Assembly (NCBI GenBank): GCA_965205485.1
Contig: OZ242180.1
Coordinates: forward strand, 352,001-416,000
Length of the DNA stretch: 64,000 bases
From: Candidatus Latescibacterota bacterium
GTDB lineage: Bacteria; Latescibacterota; UBA2968; GCA-2709665
Direction: 5' to 3'
Made by a program: the position numbers and the translations under genes. Under the pieces are notes generated by a model. That model had not been told where the DNA came from and did no database searches. It was given only the letters and a program-made list of their open reading frames with translations. Numbering within the stretch: position 1 is the first letter of the stretch; each line of letters opens with the position of its first letter. Below, piece after piece: positions 1 to 11,240 of this stretch.

Positions 1-23
1 GAGACGCGGATACGCCCTTCTAT

Positions 24-209
24 GAAGCTGCTTTAAAATTACCGGTGAGTTCCCGAGCGCGAGCGAAAAAGCGGCGGTCAAGGCGGGAAAATCCACCTAT
101 GAGAGGCGAGCAAGCGCAGCCTCGATCTCGTAGGACGGGCGGGTTTGACCAACGCCGACCGGCGCTTTTGCAGCCGCGCGAAGACCGCTGGGAATTTTAA
201 GGCAGCTTC
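24..209. mobile_element. MITE-like element, family A, copy 1
   Basis: Terminal inverted repeats GAAGCTGCTTTAAAATT / AATTTTAAGGCAGCTTC, non-coding; near-identical ends recur at 23812-24025 and 17261-17333. Confidence 0.75.
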
Positions 210-224
210 TTACATGGAATCCGC

Positions 225-253
225 TTGACAGAAACATCCCCCGCCGGTAACTT
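225..253 (+). promoter_or_regulatory. sigma70-type promoter of pyrC-carA
   Basis: TTGACA-17 bp-TAACTT ending 36 bp before the pyrC ATG. Confidence 0.6.
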
Positions 254-289
254 TTCATTCAAAATCCCTCGCCGCACCACCATCTTCTA

Positions 290-1609
290 ATGAGCCCGGC
301 CACGCCAATTCTCCTCAAGAACGGACGAATCATCGATCCAGCCAATGCGGTCGACGCGTCCTCGGACCTTATGATCCGCGATGGGCTCATCGACCGCATC
401 GCCCCCGGAATCGAACCCCCAGCCGACGCACATATCATCGACGTCACCGGAAAGCTGGTCGTCCCCGGACTCATCGACATGCACGTCCACCTTCGGGACC
501 CCGGGTTTCCCGAAAAGGAAACGGTGGAATCCGGGTGCCGGGCCGCGGCTTCCGGTGGATTTACCGCGGTCGCCTGCCTGCCCAACACCGACCCGCCGAT
601 CGATACTCCCGCAACCGTCGAATACATCGTGAAGAAGGCCCGGAAGGCGGATGCGCGCGTCTATCCGATCGCCTGTGCGACAAAAGGGATGAAGGGTGAG
701 GAACTCACCGACGTCGATGCCCTTCTTGATGCCGGCGCCGTGGGGTTTTCCGACGACGGGCTGCCGATTGAATCCGATGCCGTCATGCGCGATCTCCTGC
801 GCCTGTCGGACCGACGTAGATTTCCGGTCTGCCCGCACACCGAGGAATTCGCGCTCACAAGGGACGGGCACATGCACGAAGGCGCCGTCTCTCGCGAACT
901 GGCCATCAAAGGCATGCCAGGCGAAGGCGAGGCGGCCATGGTCGAGCGGGACATCAACCTGCTGCGCTCGGTTGGCGGACGGCTGCATATCCTCCACATA
1001 AGCGTTCGGCGCGCCGTGGACCTGGTGCGACGCGCAAAATCCGAGGGCCTGCAGGTTACCTGCGAAGCCACGCCGCACCACGTCGCACTCACGGACGAAG
1101 ACGTACGCGTTTACGGTACGCAGGGCAAGATGAGCCCTCCCCTGCGTTCGGCCGACGATCGCTATGCCCTGCTCGAGGGACTCGCCGACGGCACAATTGA
1201 CGCACTCGCCACGGACCACGCGCCCCACACGGTTACGGAAAAAATCCGGCACTTTCCCGAAGCGCCAAACGGAATCCTGGGGCTGGAAACCGCCGTGGGG
1301 ACTTTCTTCACCCATCTTGTTGAACCCGGCATCCTTTCAGCACCGGACGTTATCCGGATGCTTAGCGCTACACCCGCGCGGATCCTGGGTATACCCGGGG
1401 GCACGCTGACTCCCGGAGCGCCGGGGGACGTGTCGGTCATCGATCCATCGCTTGTCTGGGTCGTCGACGCCAATACATTCCGCTCCAGGTCCAGGAACAC
1501 ACCGTTTCACGGGCACACGCTGACCGGCAGTGCCATTTTGACGATCCTCGGCGGACGCGTGACCCACGACGCGGGTGACGACGGAGACCTGGCAGCCCCA
1601 ACCGCGTGA
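290..1609 (+). CDS. pyrC: dihydroorotase (multifunctional-complex type)
   Basis: PGLIDMHVHLRDPG, EATPHH and ATDHAPH motifs; adjacent to carA. Confidence 0.95.
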   Translation: MSPATPILLKNGRIIDPANAVDASSDLMIRDGLIDRIAPGIEPPADAHIIDVTGKLVVPGLIDMHVHLRDPGFPEKETVESGCRAAASGGFTAVACLPNTDPPIDTPATVEYIVKKARKADARVYPIACATKGMKGEELTDVDALLDAGAVGFSDDGLPIESDAVMRDLLRLSDRRRFPVCPHTEEFALTRDGHMHEGAVSRELAIKGMPGEGEAAMVERDINLLRSVGGRLHILHISVRRAVDLVRRAKSEGLQVTCEATPHHVALTDEDVRVYGTQGKMSPPLRSADDRYALLEGLADGTIDALATDHAPHTVTEKIRHFPEAPNGILGLETAVGTFFTHLVEPGILSAPDVIRMLSATPARILGIPGGTLTPGAPGDVSVIDPSLVWVVDANTFRSRSRNTPFHGHTLTGSAILTILGGRVTHDAGDDGDLAAPTA

Positions 1610-1690
1610 CGCGGGATCAATGCGTTACACCGAGCCGGAAGCCATCAGGCAAGCCTGTGTTCCGGCACCTCTGAGGAGCAACTCGCATCC

Positions 1691-2812
1691 ATGAAAGCCA
1701 TCCTTGCCCTGGAAGACGGCACCTGCTACGATGGAGAGTCATTCGGCGCGCCCGGTGAATGTGTGGGCGAGGTCGTATTCAACACAAGCATCACCGGGTA
1801 TCAGGAAATCCTCACCGATCCCTCATACAAGGGTCAGATCGTGACGATGACCTATCCCCTCATCGGGAACTACGGCGTCAATCCGAACGACGTTGAGTCT
1901 GCGCGGCCCCAGGTGGAAGGTTTCGTGGTCAGGGAATACTGCGAACTGCCAAGCAACTGGCGTTCGTGTGAATCTCTCGGCGACTACCTGAAACGCAATG
2001 GCATCCTGGGCATTCAGGGGATCGACACGCGGGCGCTGACGCGGCGGATTCGCAACGAAGGCGCCATGAAGAGCGCCCTGTCCACGCTGGATCCGGACCC
2101 ATGCAGCCTGGTCGACAAGGCCAGGAAGTCGCCGGGTATGGCGGGGCGGGACCTTGCGCGAGCGGCCGGCTGCAACGAGCCGTACCGCTGGACCGAAGGC
2201 CTGTTCAACTATGAGCAAGGACGGACGGAAACGCTCCCGGGAAGCCCTCGTTTCCGGGTCGCCGTCTACGACTTCGGCGTCAAGCGAAACATCCTTCGGT
2301 ACCTCGTCAGCCGCGGCTGCGACGTCACCGTGTTTCCGGCCGACGCGCCTGCGGATCAGCTGCTGGAAATCGACCCCCACGGAATCTTCCTGTCAAACGG
2401 TCCGGGCGACCCTGAGCCCCTTACCGGTGCGGTGGAGAACATCCGGCAGCTCATGCGCGTCAGACCGACCTTTGGCATCTGCCTCGGCCATCAGCTGCTG
2501 GGTCTGGCCCTCGGCGGGCGGACGTACAAACTGAAGTTCGGTCATCGGGGCGCCAACCAGCCCGTCAAGGAACTGGATACGGGCAAGGTGGAAATTACCT
2601 CACAGAATCACGGGTTTGCCGTCGACGCGGACTCGCTGGACCTCGGCGAGGTTGAAGTCACCCACGTCAACCTGAATGACAACACACTGGAAGGGTTGAG
2701 ACACAAGCACCTGCCCATCTTCTGCGTACAATACCACCCTGAAGCGTCCGCGGGACCGCACGACGCCGAATATCTCTTCGATCGGTTTGTGGAACTGATG
2801 AAAGAGGCGTAG
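1691..2812 (+). CDS. carA: carbamoyl-phosphate synthase small subunit
   Basis: [42 protein letters not shown] motifs. Confidence 0.97.
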   Translation: MKAILALEDGTCYDGESFGAPGECVGEVVFNTSITGYQEILTDPSYKGQIVTMTYPLIGNYGVNPNDVESARPQVEGFVVREYCELPSNWRSCESLGDYLKRNGILGIQGIDTRALTRRIRNEGAMKSALSTLDPDPCSLVDKARKSPGMAGRDLARAAGCNEPYRWTEGLFNYEQGRTETLPGSPRFRVAVYDFGVKRNILRYLVSRGCDVTVFPADAPADQLLEIDPHGIFLSNGPGDPEPLTGAVENIRQLMRVRPTFGICLGHQLLGLALGGRTYKLKFGHRGANQPVKELDTGKVEITSQNHGFAVDADSLDLGEVEVTHVNLNDNTLEGLRHKHLPIFCVQYHPEASAGPHDAEYLFDRFVELMKEA

Positions 2813-3021
2813 ACACCCGGCAGCGGAAGAACGGCCAAGTGTCCGCGAACATGTCGGGGCGATCGGGACAAATGGCGGAACGCGAGACGGGATGAATGGG
2901 TGGATGAATGGCGACATATTTCCGGGACGGGAAACCATGCCTTGCCTGCAGAGCGTCTATATAAACGGACTGTTATATGGAACGCATTTCGTCCATCAGA
3001 CGTCCAACAGGTGGAATCGTG

Positions 3022-3067
3022 ATTGACGTCAATAGCCCTTGACAAGCCATTTTTATTGTCGTATTCT
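3022..3067 (+). promoter_or_regulatory. sigma70-type promoter with upstream 12-bp perfect palindrome
   Basis: ATTGACGTCAAT (3022-3033), TTGACA (3039-3044)-17 bp-TATTCT (3062-3067). Confidence 0.6.
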
Positions 3068-3122
3068 TTGTCACGTTCATTGAATGTGGCGTTACAGGCC
3101 GGGAATGCAGGAGGAAGACCAG

Positions 3123-3605
3123 ATGAAAGTGCTTATGATTTTGCTGGCCATTTCGTTGCTTGCGGTTGCTTCGGTTTCGGCTGAACCGTTGCTCCAACCT
3201 CAGCCGGCGAAACTCCCCTCCCTGAAAACCATCGATTTTTCGCCCAAACCCGTCGGATTGGGTGAAAAGTTCAAGGGCCTGTTCGACTCAGGCAGGCTTT
3301 CGTTCCGGAACACGGTCGGGTTCAACTTCCGTTCCGGGGCCTTCGGCGGCGCAAGCCAGTACTATCTCAATACCATCTCGTACCGCGCAAATACGGAGAA
3401 GCCCCTGCTGATCGAGGCGCAGGTCGGCCTCGAACACGTTCTCCAGGGCAACTCCACCTTCGGATCCGCGCTGGGTAACAGTAACAGCACGAGGCTCGTC
3501 ATTCCCTACGTGGGCATGTTCTACCAGCCCAGGGAAAACATCCAGATTGAAATCCAGTTGAGCAATTCGCCCTATTATCGATCCGGCAGCCGATTTCGGT
3601 ATTGA
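3123..3605 (+). CDS. exported hypothetical protein
   Basis: AGGAGG RBS; Sec-type signal peptide MKVLMILLAISLLAVASVSA; start moved from the ORF-track 3084 to ATG 3123. Confidence 0.8.
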   Translation: MKVLMILLAISLLAVASVSAEPLLQPQPAKLPSLKTIDFSPKPVGLGEKFKGLFDSGRLSFRNTVGFNFRSGAFGGASQYYLNTISYRANTEKPLLIEAQVGLEHVLQGNSTFGSALGNSNSTRLVIPYVGMFYQPRENIQIEIQLSNSPYYRSGSRFRY

Positions 3606-3631
3606 AAGTCGTCTCCAGGTCACTTTTACAT

Positions 3632-3678
3632 ACGGGACATACGCCCGGTCGTACCGGGCAGTGTCCCGTTCCGTTTTT
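3632..3678 (+). terminator. intrinsic terminator-like hairpin
   Basis: ACGGGACA..GCCCGGT-CGT-ACCGGGC..TGTCCCGT followed by a T-tract. Confidence 0.55.
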
Positions 3679-3687
3679 CGGGCACAG

Positions 3688-3847
3688 CAGCCCGTTGAAA
3701 AAGTCCATCCGGGCTGCGTCCGGCCCTTGCGGTCGTAATACTGCGTTGCGCTCCCTCGCCGAATCGCAGGATGGGACTCGGTCGCGCGCCTTGTCTTCGG
3801 CCACAATGGCTCGGCCTCGCCTGCAGAGCGACTTTATCAACGGACTG
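3688..3847. mobile_element. MITE-like element, family B
   Basis: 18-bp TIRs CAGCCCGTTGAAAAAGTC / GACTTTATCAACGGACTG (16/18 match), 160 bp, intergenic. Confidence 0.65.
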
Positions 3848-3854
3848 ATAGCAG

Positions 3855-4364
3855 ATGTCACGGAAGATCATCCTGCTTGCTGTGGGGGCGTTGACATTCG
3901 CAGGGATTGCCGTCTTCGACATCCAGCGGCGGTTGCCGTCAGAACCCCCTTCAGCCGTAACGGAGCCTGAACCCGTCGCCGCGCCGAAGCCGGAATCATT
4001 CGCCGTTTCGCAACCGGAATCTCTCGCGAAATCAAATCCGGATACGATGAAGGCGATCCGCATCGAAGTACTCAACGGCTGCGGCGTCGCCGGGGTCGCG
4101 GAAAAGGTGGGGCGTTACCTTCGGGAAGCGGGTTTCGACGTGATGACGTGGAAAAACGCCGACAGCTTCAACTATCCCGAAACCATCGTCATCGATCGGA
4201 CCGGCAATCTCGAAAGCGCCCGCATCGTGGCCGGCGCCATGGGACTTCGGACGCACATACAACAGATCGTACACGACCCATATCGCATCGAACAGGTCGC
4301 GGTCATCATAGGCCGGGATTACGATCGCCTGGATATGTTTACACGCGACCGGCCGCGACAGTAG
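3855..4364 (+). CDS. LytR C-terminal (LytR_C) domain membrane-anchored protein
   Basis: N-terminal TM helix; IEVLNGCGVAGVA...L...GF and VIIGRDY motifs; upstream of rsfS. Confidence 0.85.
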   Translation: MSRKIILLAVGALTFAGIAVFDIQRRLPSEPPSAVTEPEPVAAPKPESFAVSQPESLAKSNPDTMKAIRIEVLNGCGVAGVAEKVGRYLREAGFDVMTWKNADSFNYPETIVIDRTGNLESARIVAGAMGLRTHIQQIVHDPYRIEQVAVIIGRDYDRLDMFTRDRPRQ

Positions 4365-4422
4365 CCCCCAACGCGCCACCCCCGGCGATATCGAGTCGTT
4401 CAGTCAAGGAAACGTAACCGCA

Positions 4423-4824
4423 TTGTCCAATCAGATACGTGAAATACTGGACCTTTGTATCGAGTGCCTTCAGTCCCGAAAGGGTGAAGACCTGCTCTTG
4501 ATCGATCTGCGCACGGTCTCCGACGTCGCGGACTACTTTCTCATCTGTACCGGCAATTCGGACGTGCACGTCAGGGCCCTCGCGGACGCGTTGCAGGAAG
4601 GCACGAAAGCGGCCGGCTACCGGCCGTGGCATATCGAGGGACAGGAATCGCGCACCTGGGTTCTGTTCGACTATATCGACGTCGTTGTACACATCTTCCA
4701 ACCGAAGGCGCGGGCGTTCTACCGCCTCGAGCGCCTCTGGGGCGACGCCCCGTCCGAGCGAATCGAAGAAGATCCGTCACTCGCCGAAGCATCCTCCGTT
4801 GAACGTCCCGCGGAACTTTCCTGA
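4423..4824 (+). CDS. rsfS: ribosome silencing factor RsfS (Iojap)
   Basis: KGED..IDL, DYFLICTG, WVLFDYIDVVVHIF, FYRLERLW. Confidence 0.93.
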   Translation: MSNQIREILDLCIECLQSRKGEDLLLIDLRTVSDVADYFLICTGNSDVHVRALADALQEGTKAAGYRPWHIEGQESRTWVLFDYIDVVVHIFQPKARAFYRLERLWGDAPSERIEEDPSLAEASSVERPAELS

Positions 4825-4864
4825 CGACCTTGCGTCGCGGGAACAGAGCTACTCACTACGACCG

Positions 4865-5905
<1,041 letters not shown>

Positions 5906-5944
5906 CACGTCGACGAATACACACGGGGAATCCGATTCCAGGCG

Positions 5945-7312
5945 CTATTGCCACATATTCACGCCGTCGCAGCCGTATGCCGGCAGCAACACGAAATGGT
6001 CGCCGGTCTCGATCAACCGATCCCTGAGAAGCCTGTGGTGCCGCGCGATTTCGTCCCTGTAGTCGGGGTGATCGATCAGGTTCCGCCGTTCGTACGGATC
6101 GGCTTCCAGATCGAAGAACTGCCATGCGCCCGCGCCCATTTTGTCTCCCCGGACGGTATATTTGTACCGCCGGCTGCGAAACCCCCGCCACACCCACCTG
6201 TTGAACGCCATTCCCTTGCGGAGTTCCGCCACGAATTCCAGCAGAACGCCCTCCCGATCCAGCGATTCGATCTCACCGCGCATCAGCGGGGACAGGTCCG
6301 TGCCCGGCAGGTGTTCGCCGGGGGTCATCCCCGCCAGACCCAGTAACGTGGGAAACAAGTCCTCCGTGCAGATCGGATCCTCGACGGCGGCGCCCGCATT
6401 ACCGGGGAAACGAGGGTCGCAGACAATCGCGGGAATGCCCACGGATTCCTCGTATGGCCACTGCTTACCCTTCAGTCCGTGGCTGCCGCCGAGTTCACCG
6501 TGGTCCGAGACAAACAACACAACGGTATTTTCCGCCAGACCCTGCGCCTCCAGAAATTCCGTCATCCGCCTGACGTTGTCATCCAGGTTCTCCACCATCG
6601 CGTAATACCGCTTGCGATCCAGCACGAATGCCTCGGACCGCGCCGCGTCGGGCGCCTCGAAATTGGGCGGCAGTTCAATCTCCCTGGCTTCCCAGGCCGC
6701 CTGAACGTCGGGCGGCGCTTCGAACGGGTCGTGCGGCGGCTCGACCGAAATGACCATACAGAACGGCCTGGAGCGATCCCGTTCCTCCGCCAGGTAGTTC
6801 ATTCCGATATCGTACAAGCCGTCGGTCTGATAGCCTTCGACGGGCCGGGGCGTCGGGTCGTCGTCCTCGAAATAGTACGTGTCGAAGGGCGCGTTTCTGA
6901 GTTCGAATCCGAACCACTTCTCCCAACGGCCCTGGTACGCCCGGGGCACGGGCGTACGCCCGCACTCGAGCGCGGAACCCATTCTTCCGTGACCGCCGTC
7001 CAGGTGCCACTTCCCCACGTAGACCGTTTCGTACCCCGCCTCGTTGAACGCATCGGCCAACGTATATTCCGTGGGCGACATCCGGTACTCGATACCGGGG
7101 ACCTTTCGGCTGTGGGCGTACTCTCCCGTCATGAATGTAAAACGGAACGGCACGCAGATCGGATAGGTCGAACACGCGTTTGAGAATCTGACGCCCCGCG
7201 TCGCGAGCGCGTCGATATGCGGCGTTTGCAGGTTCGCGTCGCCGTGGATCGACAGCGCGTCCCGCCGCAGCTGGTCGCACATCAGAACCAGGATATTGGG
7301 TCTTTCGGACAT
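5945..7312 (-). CDS. formylglycine-dependent sulfatase
   Basis: RPNILVLMCDQ, CVPFR (CxPxR), GKWHL, SDHG motifs. Confidence 0.92.
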   Translation of the reverse strand: MSERPNILVLMCDQLRRDALSIHGDANLQTPHIDALATRGVRFSNACSTYPICVPFRFTFMTGEYAHSRKVPGIEYRMSPTEYTLADAFNEAGYETVYVGKWHLDGGHGRMGSALECGRTPVPRAYQGRWEKWFGFELRNAPFDTYYFEDDDPTPRPVEGYQTDGLYDIGMNYLAEERDRSRPFCMVISVEPPHDPFEAPPDVQAAWEAREIELPPNFEAPDAARSEAFVLDRKRYYAMVENLDDNVRRMTEFLEAQGLAENTVVLFVSDHGELGGSHGLKGKQWPYEESVGIPAIVCDPRFPGNAGAAVEDPICTEDLFPTLLGLAGMTPGEHLPGTDLSPLMRGEIESLDREGVLLEFVAELRKGMAFNRWVWRGFRSRRYKYTVRGDKMGAGAWQFFDLEADPYERRNLIDHPDYRDEIARHHRLLRDRLIETGDHFVLLPAYGCDGVNMWQ

Positions 7313-7316
7313 TACG

Positions 7317-8291
7317 TTACCCGTCCTCCCGCCGGTATTCCGGATTCACCAGGTTCTCCGGTTCTTTTCCCTGCAGCACCCTGCGGGTCTCCATAGCGGC
7401 GCGTTCCCGAAGTTCGATCAGGGATTCCGCCGAATAAAACGCCGCATGTGGCGTATGGATCACCTGGGGCATCGCAATGAGCCGGTCGCCCTCGCCCGGC
7501 GGCTCGACGACGCGGACATCCAGGGCGGCCCCCGCGATCTCGCCGGCGTCCAGCGCATCTGCCAGCGCGGACTCGTCCACAATATCGCCTCGTGAGGTAT
7601 TGATCAGGCAGGCCGTGGGTTTCATCTTGCTCAACGCGTCCGCATCGATGAGCGCCCGCGTCGCATCCGTGGAAGGACAATGGAGCGAAACGTAATCCGA
7701 CGTGTCCAGCAACACATCCAACGTCACGGCCTCGACGCCGCCGGCCGCGACGGTCCCGGGCGCCAGCGACGGCGCCGTCGCGACTACGCGAAGCCCGAAC
7801 GGCGCCGCACGGGCCGCGACTTCACGGGCGATGCGGCCGAAACCGACAAGCCCCAGCGTCCGCCCGGTCAGGCGATTCAGGGGCAGGCATGCCTGTATAT
7901 CCCATACATCCCCCCGAACCGAACGGTCAAAACCCGCCACTTTGCGAGACAGCGCCAATAGCAGCGCCATCGCGTGTTCCGCCACGTCCGCCATGCAATA
8001 GTCCGGCACGTACGCCACGGGAATCTTCCGGGCGGTTGCGAAGGCCACGTCGATATTGTCCAACCCCACGCCGTATCGCGTGACCACCTTCAGACCCGGC
8101 AGCGCGGCCTCGATGACCCGCCTCGTGGTCTGGGCCCAGCAGGTCATGATGCCGCTGGCGCCGACGGCCAGCCGCGCCAGCGTTGCTTCGCTGCCATCCG
8201 GCGCGGCTACAAGTTCGACCCCGATGTCCTCAAGGACGACCTGTTCCACGCTGAGGTCGGCCCACGCATAGTCCGTAACCATGACCCGCAT
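7317..8291 (-). CDS. D-2-hydroxyacid dehydrogenase family protein
   Basis: RYGVGLDNID, GLVGFGRI, INTSRG, TPHAAFYS; start at ATG 8291 after GGAGGG. Confidence 0.9.
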   Translation of the reverse strand: MRVMVTDYAWADLSVEQVVLEDIGVELVAAPDGSEATLARLAVGASGIMTCWAQTTRRVIEAALPGLKVVTRYGVGLDNIDVAFATARKIPVAYVPDYCMADVAEHAMALLLALSRKVAGFDRSVRGDVWDIQACLPLNRLTGRTLGLVGFGRIAREVAARAAPFGLRVVATAPSLAPGTVAAGGVEAVTLDVLLDTSDYVSLHCPSTDATRALIDADALSKMKPTACLINTSRGDIVDESALADALDAGEIAGAALDVRVVEPPGEGDRLIAMPQVIHTPHAAFYSAESLIELRERAAMETRRVLQGKEPENLVNPEYRREDG

Positions 8292-8313
8292 CAGAATCCC
8301 TCCGGTCGATCTC

Positions 8314-9678
8314 CTACACGTCATTCCTCGACGGGTTCTGCCCGCAAAAGCGACAAACGATATCGAAGAGCACGCGGGTAGCGAAAACCAGGTTCTCCAC
8401 GGAGGTTCGTTCGTCGTGTCCGTGAATCAGCCGCCATTCCTCGTCTCCAGGGGCTCCCCTGTAGGGCATGAACCCGTACACCTGCGTCGACGGCCTCCGC
8501 GGACAGATGTGTTTGGCATCCGTGCCCCCCGTGGATTGCGACGGCACGACGCGCGCGCCCGGATCGTGATCCGCCATCACCTCCACGATTGTCCGGTACA
8601 GCGGCGAGTCGATCCCGGCCTCCAGAGGGGGGCTGTACTGGTCCACGTCGATCCGGATGTCGTCTCCGATGAGCGGACGGATCTCCTGAAAGAAACTCGC
8701 ATCCGTCTGTCCGGGCGCCAGCCTGCCGTCCACCCACGCGGAGGCCTCGGCGGGAATCACGTTAATCTTCTGTCCGGCTTCCAGCATCGTCACGGAAGCT
8801 GTATTTCGCAGCGACGCGCGCAGATTCGACACGATATCGGACGCCAGCGGAAGCGATTCGAGCGCCTCCTCGCTGTGTTTGGGCTCCAGGACACGACGCA
8901 GCCGGTTCGCGGTGCCGGCATCCTGCGTTCCGGCGATGTTTTCGAGAAACGCCCGGACCGTTCCTGAAGGATGCATCGGCAACTCGGCCCGTCCCAGCGC
9001 GGCGACCGCTTCCGACAGCCTCACCACGGCGTTTTCCCGGTGCGGCCTGGAACCGTGTCCGGGCCGCCCGCCGGCCGTCATCCGGAATCTGCAGATCCCC
9101 TTCTGCCCCGTCTGGCAGGTATAGAACCGGGCATCGCCCACCCTGAATTCCGCGCCGCCGCCCTCCGTCAGCACAAACGGCGCCTCCACCTGCTCCGGAT
9201 GGTTGTCCAGCAGCCAGCCGACGCCGTGGTCTCCCTTGCCCGCCTCTTCATCCGCCGTGGCCGCGAATATCACGTCACGCTTCAGACGGATCCGTTGTCG
9301 CTTCATCAACAGAAACACCATCAACTCCGCCGCGACCATGTTCTTCATATCCAGCGCGCCGCGGCCCCAGACGTACCCGTCGTGCACCTGCCCGCCGAAC
9401 GGCGGATGCCGCCACCGGTCGGGTTCGACCGCGACCACGTCGGTATGTCCCAGCAATAACAGCGGTTCGCCGCCTCCGGACAGCCGCGCTGTCACGTTTC
9501 CCCGCCCCGTCTCCGACTCGGTAACCAGCGGATCGACACCCTCGCTTTGCAACACGCCGGCGAGGTACTTTGCGGCGAGTATCTCGTTCCCCGGAGGATT
9601 GGTCGTGTCCAGGCGGATCAGGTCCAGAAGATATCCCGTCACCTCCTCACGGACTGCATTCCAGTCGATCTGTTCCAA
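8314..9678 (-). CDS. M20 family metallo-amidohydrolase (ArgE/DapE-like)
   Basis: GHTDVV, WGRGALDMK, ADEEAG, GHGS, GGTD, HGHDER. Confidence 0.92.
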   Translation of the reverse strand: MEQIDWNAVREEVTGYLLDLIRLDTTNPPGNEILAAKYLAGVLQSEGVDPLVTESETGRGNVTARLSGGGEPLLLLGHTDVVAVEPDRWRHPPFGGQVHDGYVWGRGALDMKNMVAAELMVFLLMKRQRIRLKRDVIFAATADEEAGKGDHGVGWLLDNHPEQVEAPFVLTEGGGAEFRVGDARFYTCQTGQKGICRFRMTAGGRPGHGSRPHRENAVVRLSEAVAALGRAELPMHPSGTVRAFLENIAGTQDAGTANRLRRVLEPKHSEEALESLPLASDIVSNLRASLRNTASVTMLEAGQKINVIPAEASAWVDGRLAPGQTDASFFQEIRPLIGDDIRIDVDQYSPPLEAGIDSPLYRTIVEVMADHDPGARVVPSQSTGGTDAKHICPRRPSTQVYGFMPYRGAPGDEEWRLIHGHDERTSVENLVFATRVLFDIVCRFCGQNPSRNDV

Positions 9679-9781
9679 TCCTGCCTCCCGGAGAAACTGC
9701 CTTCATTGCAGCCAGGGTTCCTGAGCAGCCTCCATCCGGCGCGGCCCCGGAAACGCACGCAACGCGGTCGGCAGACGATTC

Positions 9782-11233
9782 TCAAAGATCCAGCGACGAC
9801 GCCGACCAGTCTTCCAGTGGGGTGAACCGCGTGGTGTCCAGATCGAACCCGTAACCGAATGGCCCATCGACGACGCTGCCGATATCCAGCCGGCCGCCAT
9901 GCACGTCCAGCGTTGGAAATCCGGCTTCGTGTCGCCGGTAGAGCGTTCCGTGATGCCGGAGAACCTGCGCCTGCACGTCCCGGGGATACATGCTCAACCC
10001 CGTGAAATAGTGATGACCGTTGCGCTCCGTATGCCCCACGCCGAGGTTTGCTGCCACCGCCAGGTCCTGCAGCAGCGCGACCGGGCCGACGTTCCCAAGA
10101 TCTTCGCTGCTCAGCACGTATTTCCGGCCGGGTTCCTTCTCTCGTCTGTCCGCGATGAGACAGGCATTGGCAACGCCTTTGAAGATCCCCTTGCAATTCT
10201 TGTGACTGGTTCCAGCGTAACCCAGTTCCAGGGCCTCCGCCGCACTGGCCAGCGTCCCGTCGGACTCGTCGATAATCATCGGCGGACTGTCCGGCCAGTC
10301 GCGCAGCGCGCGGCCCACGGCCGCGCCCAGGGCGACGTCCCTCCTCAGCGGCTGCTCCACAAACAACAGCCTTCCCATGAACCCGTCGAGCGACGGATCC
10401 GCCGTAATGGATTCCCATAGGGCGCGGAACGGATCGATTTCGGTGTACTGCTCGTTCCCGTCCAGCGTAAACGCATAGCCGGAACCGGAATGTCGATCCA
10501 TCAATGCCGCAATGTCCTTCAGCCGTTCCGCGTCCTGATCCGAATCGCCGCACAGCTTGATTTTCAGATGCGATAGACCGTACGTCTTTATACTGGCTTC
10601 GAGAGATTGCGGAAGGCCGTCGTCCACGCGTTCGTCCGCCTGGATGTCCGCATCTGTCAGGGGATCGGTCAACCCCACGGTATGGCGCGCCACAATCGAC
10701 CTGCTCGCGCGTTCGGGCAGCAACGCCCGGGGTTCGACTCCCTCCAGGTCCGGCTGAATCTCTCCCATCCGAAAGCCGAAACCATTCTCTCGCAGCGCGA
10801 TTTCGAACGCGGCGCCGGTTGCCCGGCAGAACGCGTCCATAAGAGCCCGCTCAACAAGGCTCACGCCGAAACCCCACAGCAGCGGCGGGTACGGCGTGGA
10901 TGCAGCCCATTCATCCTGACCGTTGTAGATTTCCCGCCAGAAACCATAGACGGATTCCGCCGGGTCCGCCGCCAGAGCAAGCCGGCAGGCCTGACGGATG
11001 ACGGCCAGCATTTCCTCGAGGTCGTCTTCGAACGACGCCTCGGGGTTCTTGGTAAACCACTTGGGCGGCAGCCCGTCCGCCGCAAGTCCCACTTCCCGGC
11101 GTCCGTCCATCTCCGCGGTCACACGGACGAACAGATGGGGGACGGCGACGAGAGATGCGATCCCGTACCGGAAGGGCATCCGCGCTCTCATGTTCAGGAC
11201 GTTGAGGTCAATTTCCTTAATCGCGATTGACAT
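9782..11233 (-). CDS. enolase-superfamily-like protein of unknown specificity
   Basis: KIKL, LDGNEQY, VEQP and IIDES motifs match enolase-superfamily metal ligands. Confidence 0.65.
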   Translation of the reverse strand: MSIAIKEIDLNVLNMRARMPFRYGIASLVAVPHLFVRVTAEMDGRREVGLAADGLPPKWFTKNPEASFEDDLEEMLAVIRQACRLALAADPAESVYGFWREIYNGQDEWAASTPYPPLLWGFGVSLVERALMDAFCRATGAAFEIALRENGFGFRMGEIQPDLEGVEPRALLPERASRSIVARHTVGLTDPLTDADIQADERVDDGLPQSLEASIKTYGLSHLKIKLCGDSDQDAERLKDIAALMDRHSGSGYAFTLDGNEQYTEIDPFRALWESITADPSLDGFMGRLLFVEQPLRRDVALGAAVGRALRDWPDSPPMIIDESDGTLASAAEALELGYAGTSHKNCKGIFKGVANACLIADRREKEPGRKYVLSSEDLGNVGPVALLQDLAVAANLGVGHTERNGHHYFTGLSMYPRDVQAQVLRHHGTLYRRHEAGFPTLDVHGGRLDIGSVVDGPFGYGFDLDTTRFTPLEDWSASSLDL

Positions 11234-11240
11234 TGATCGA

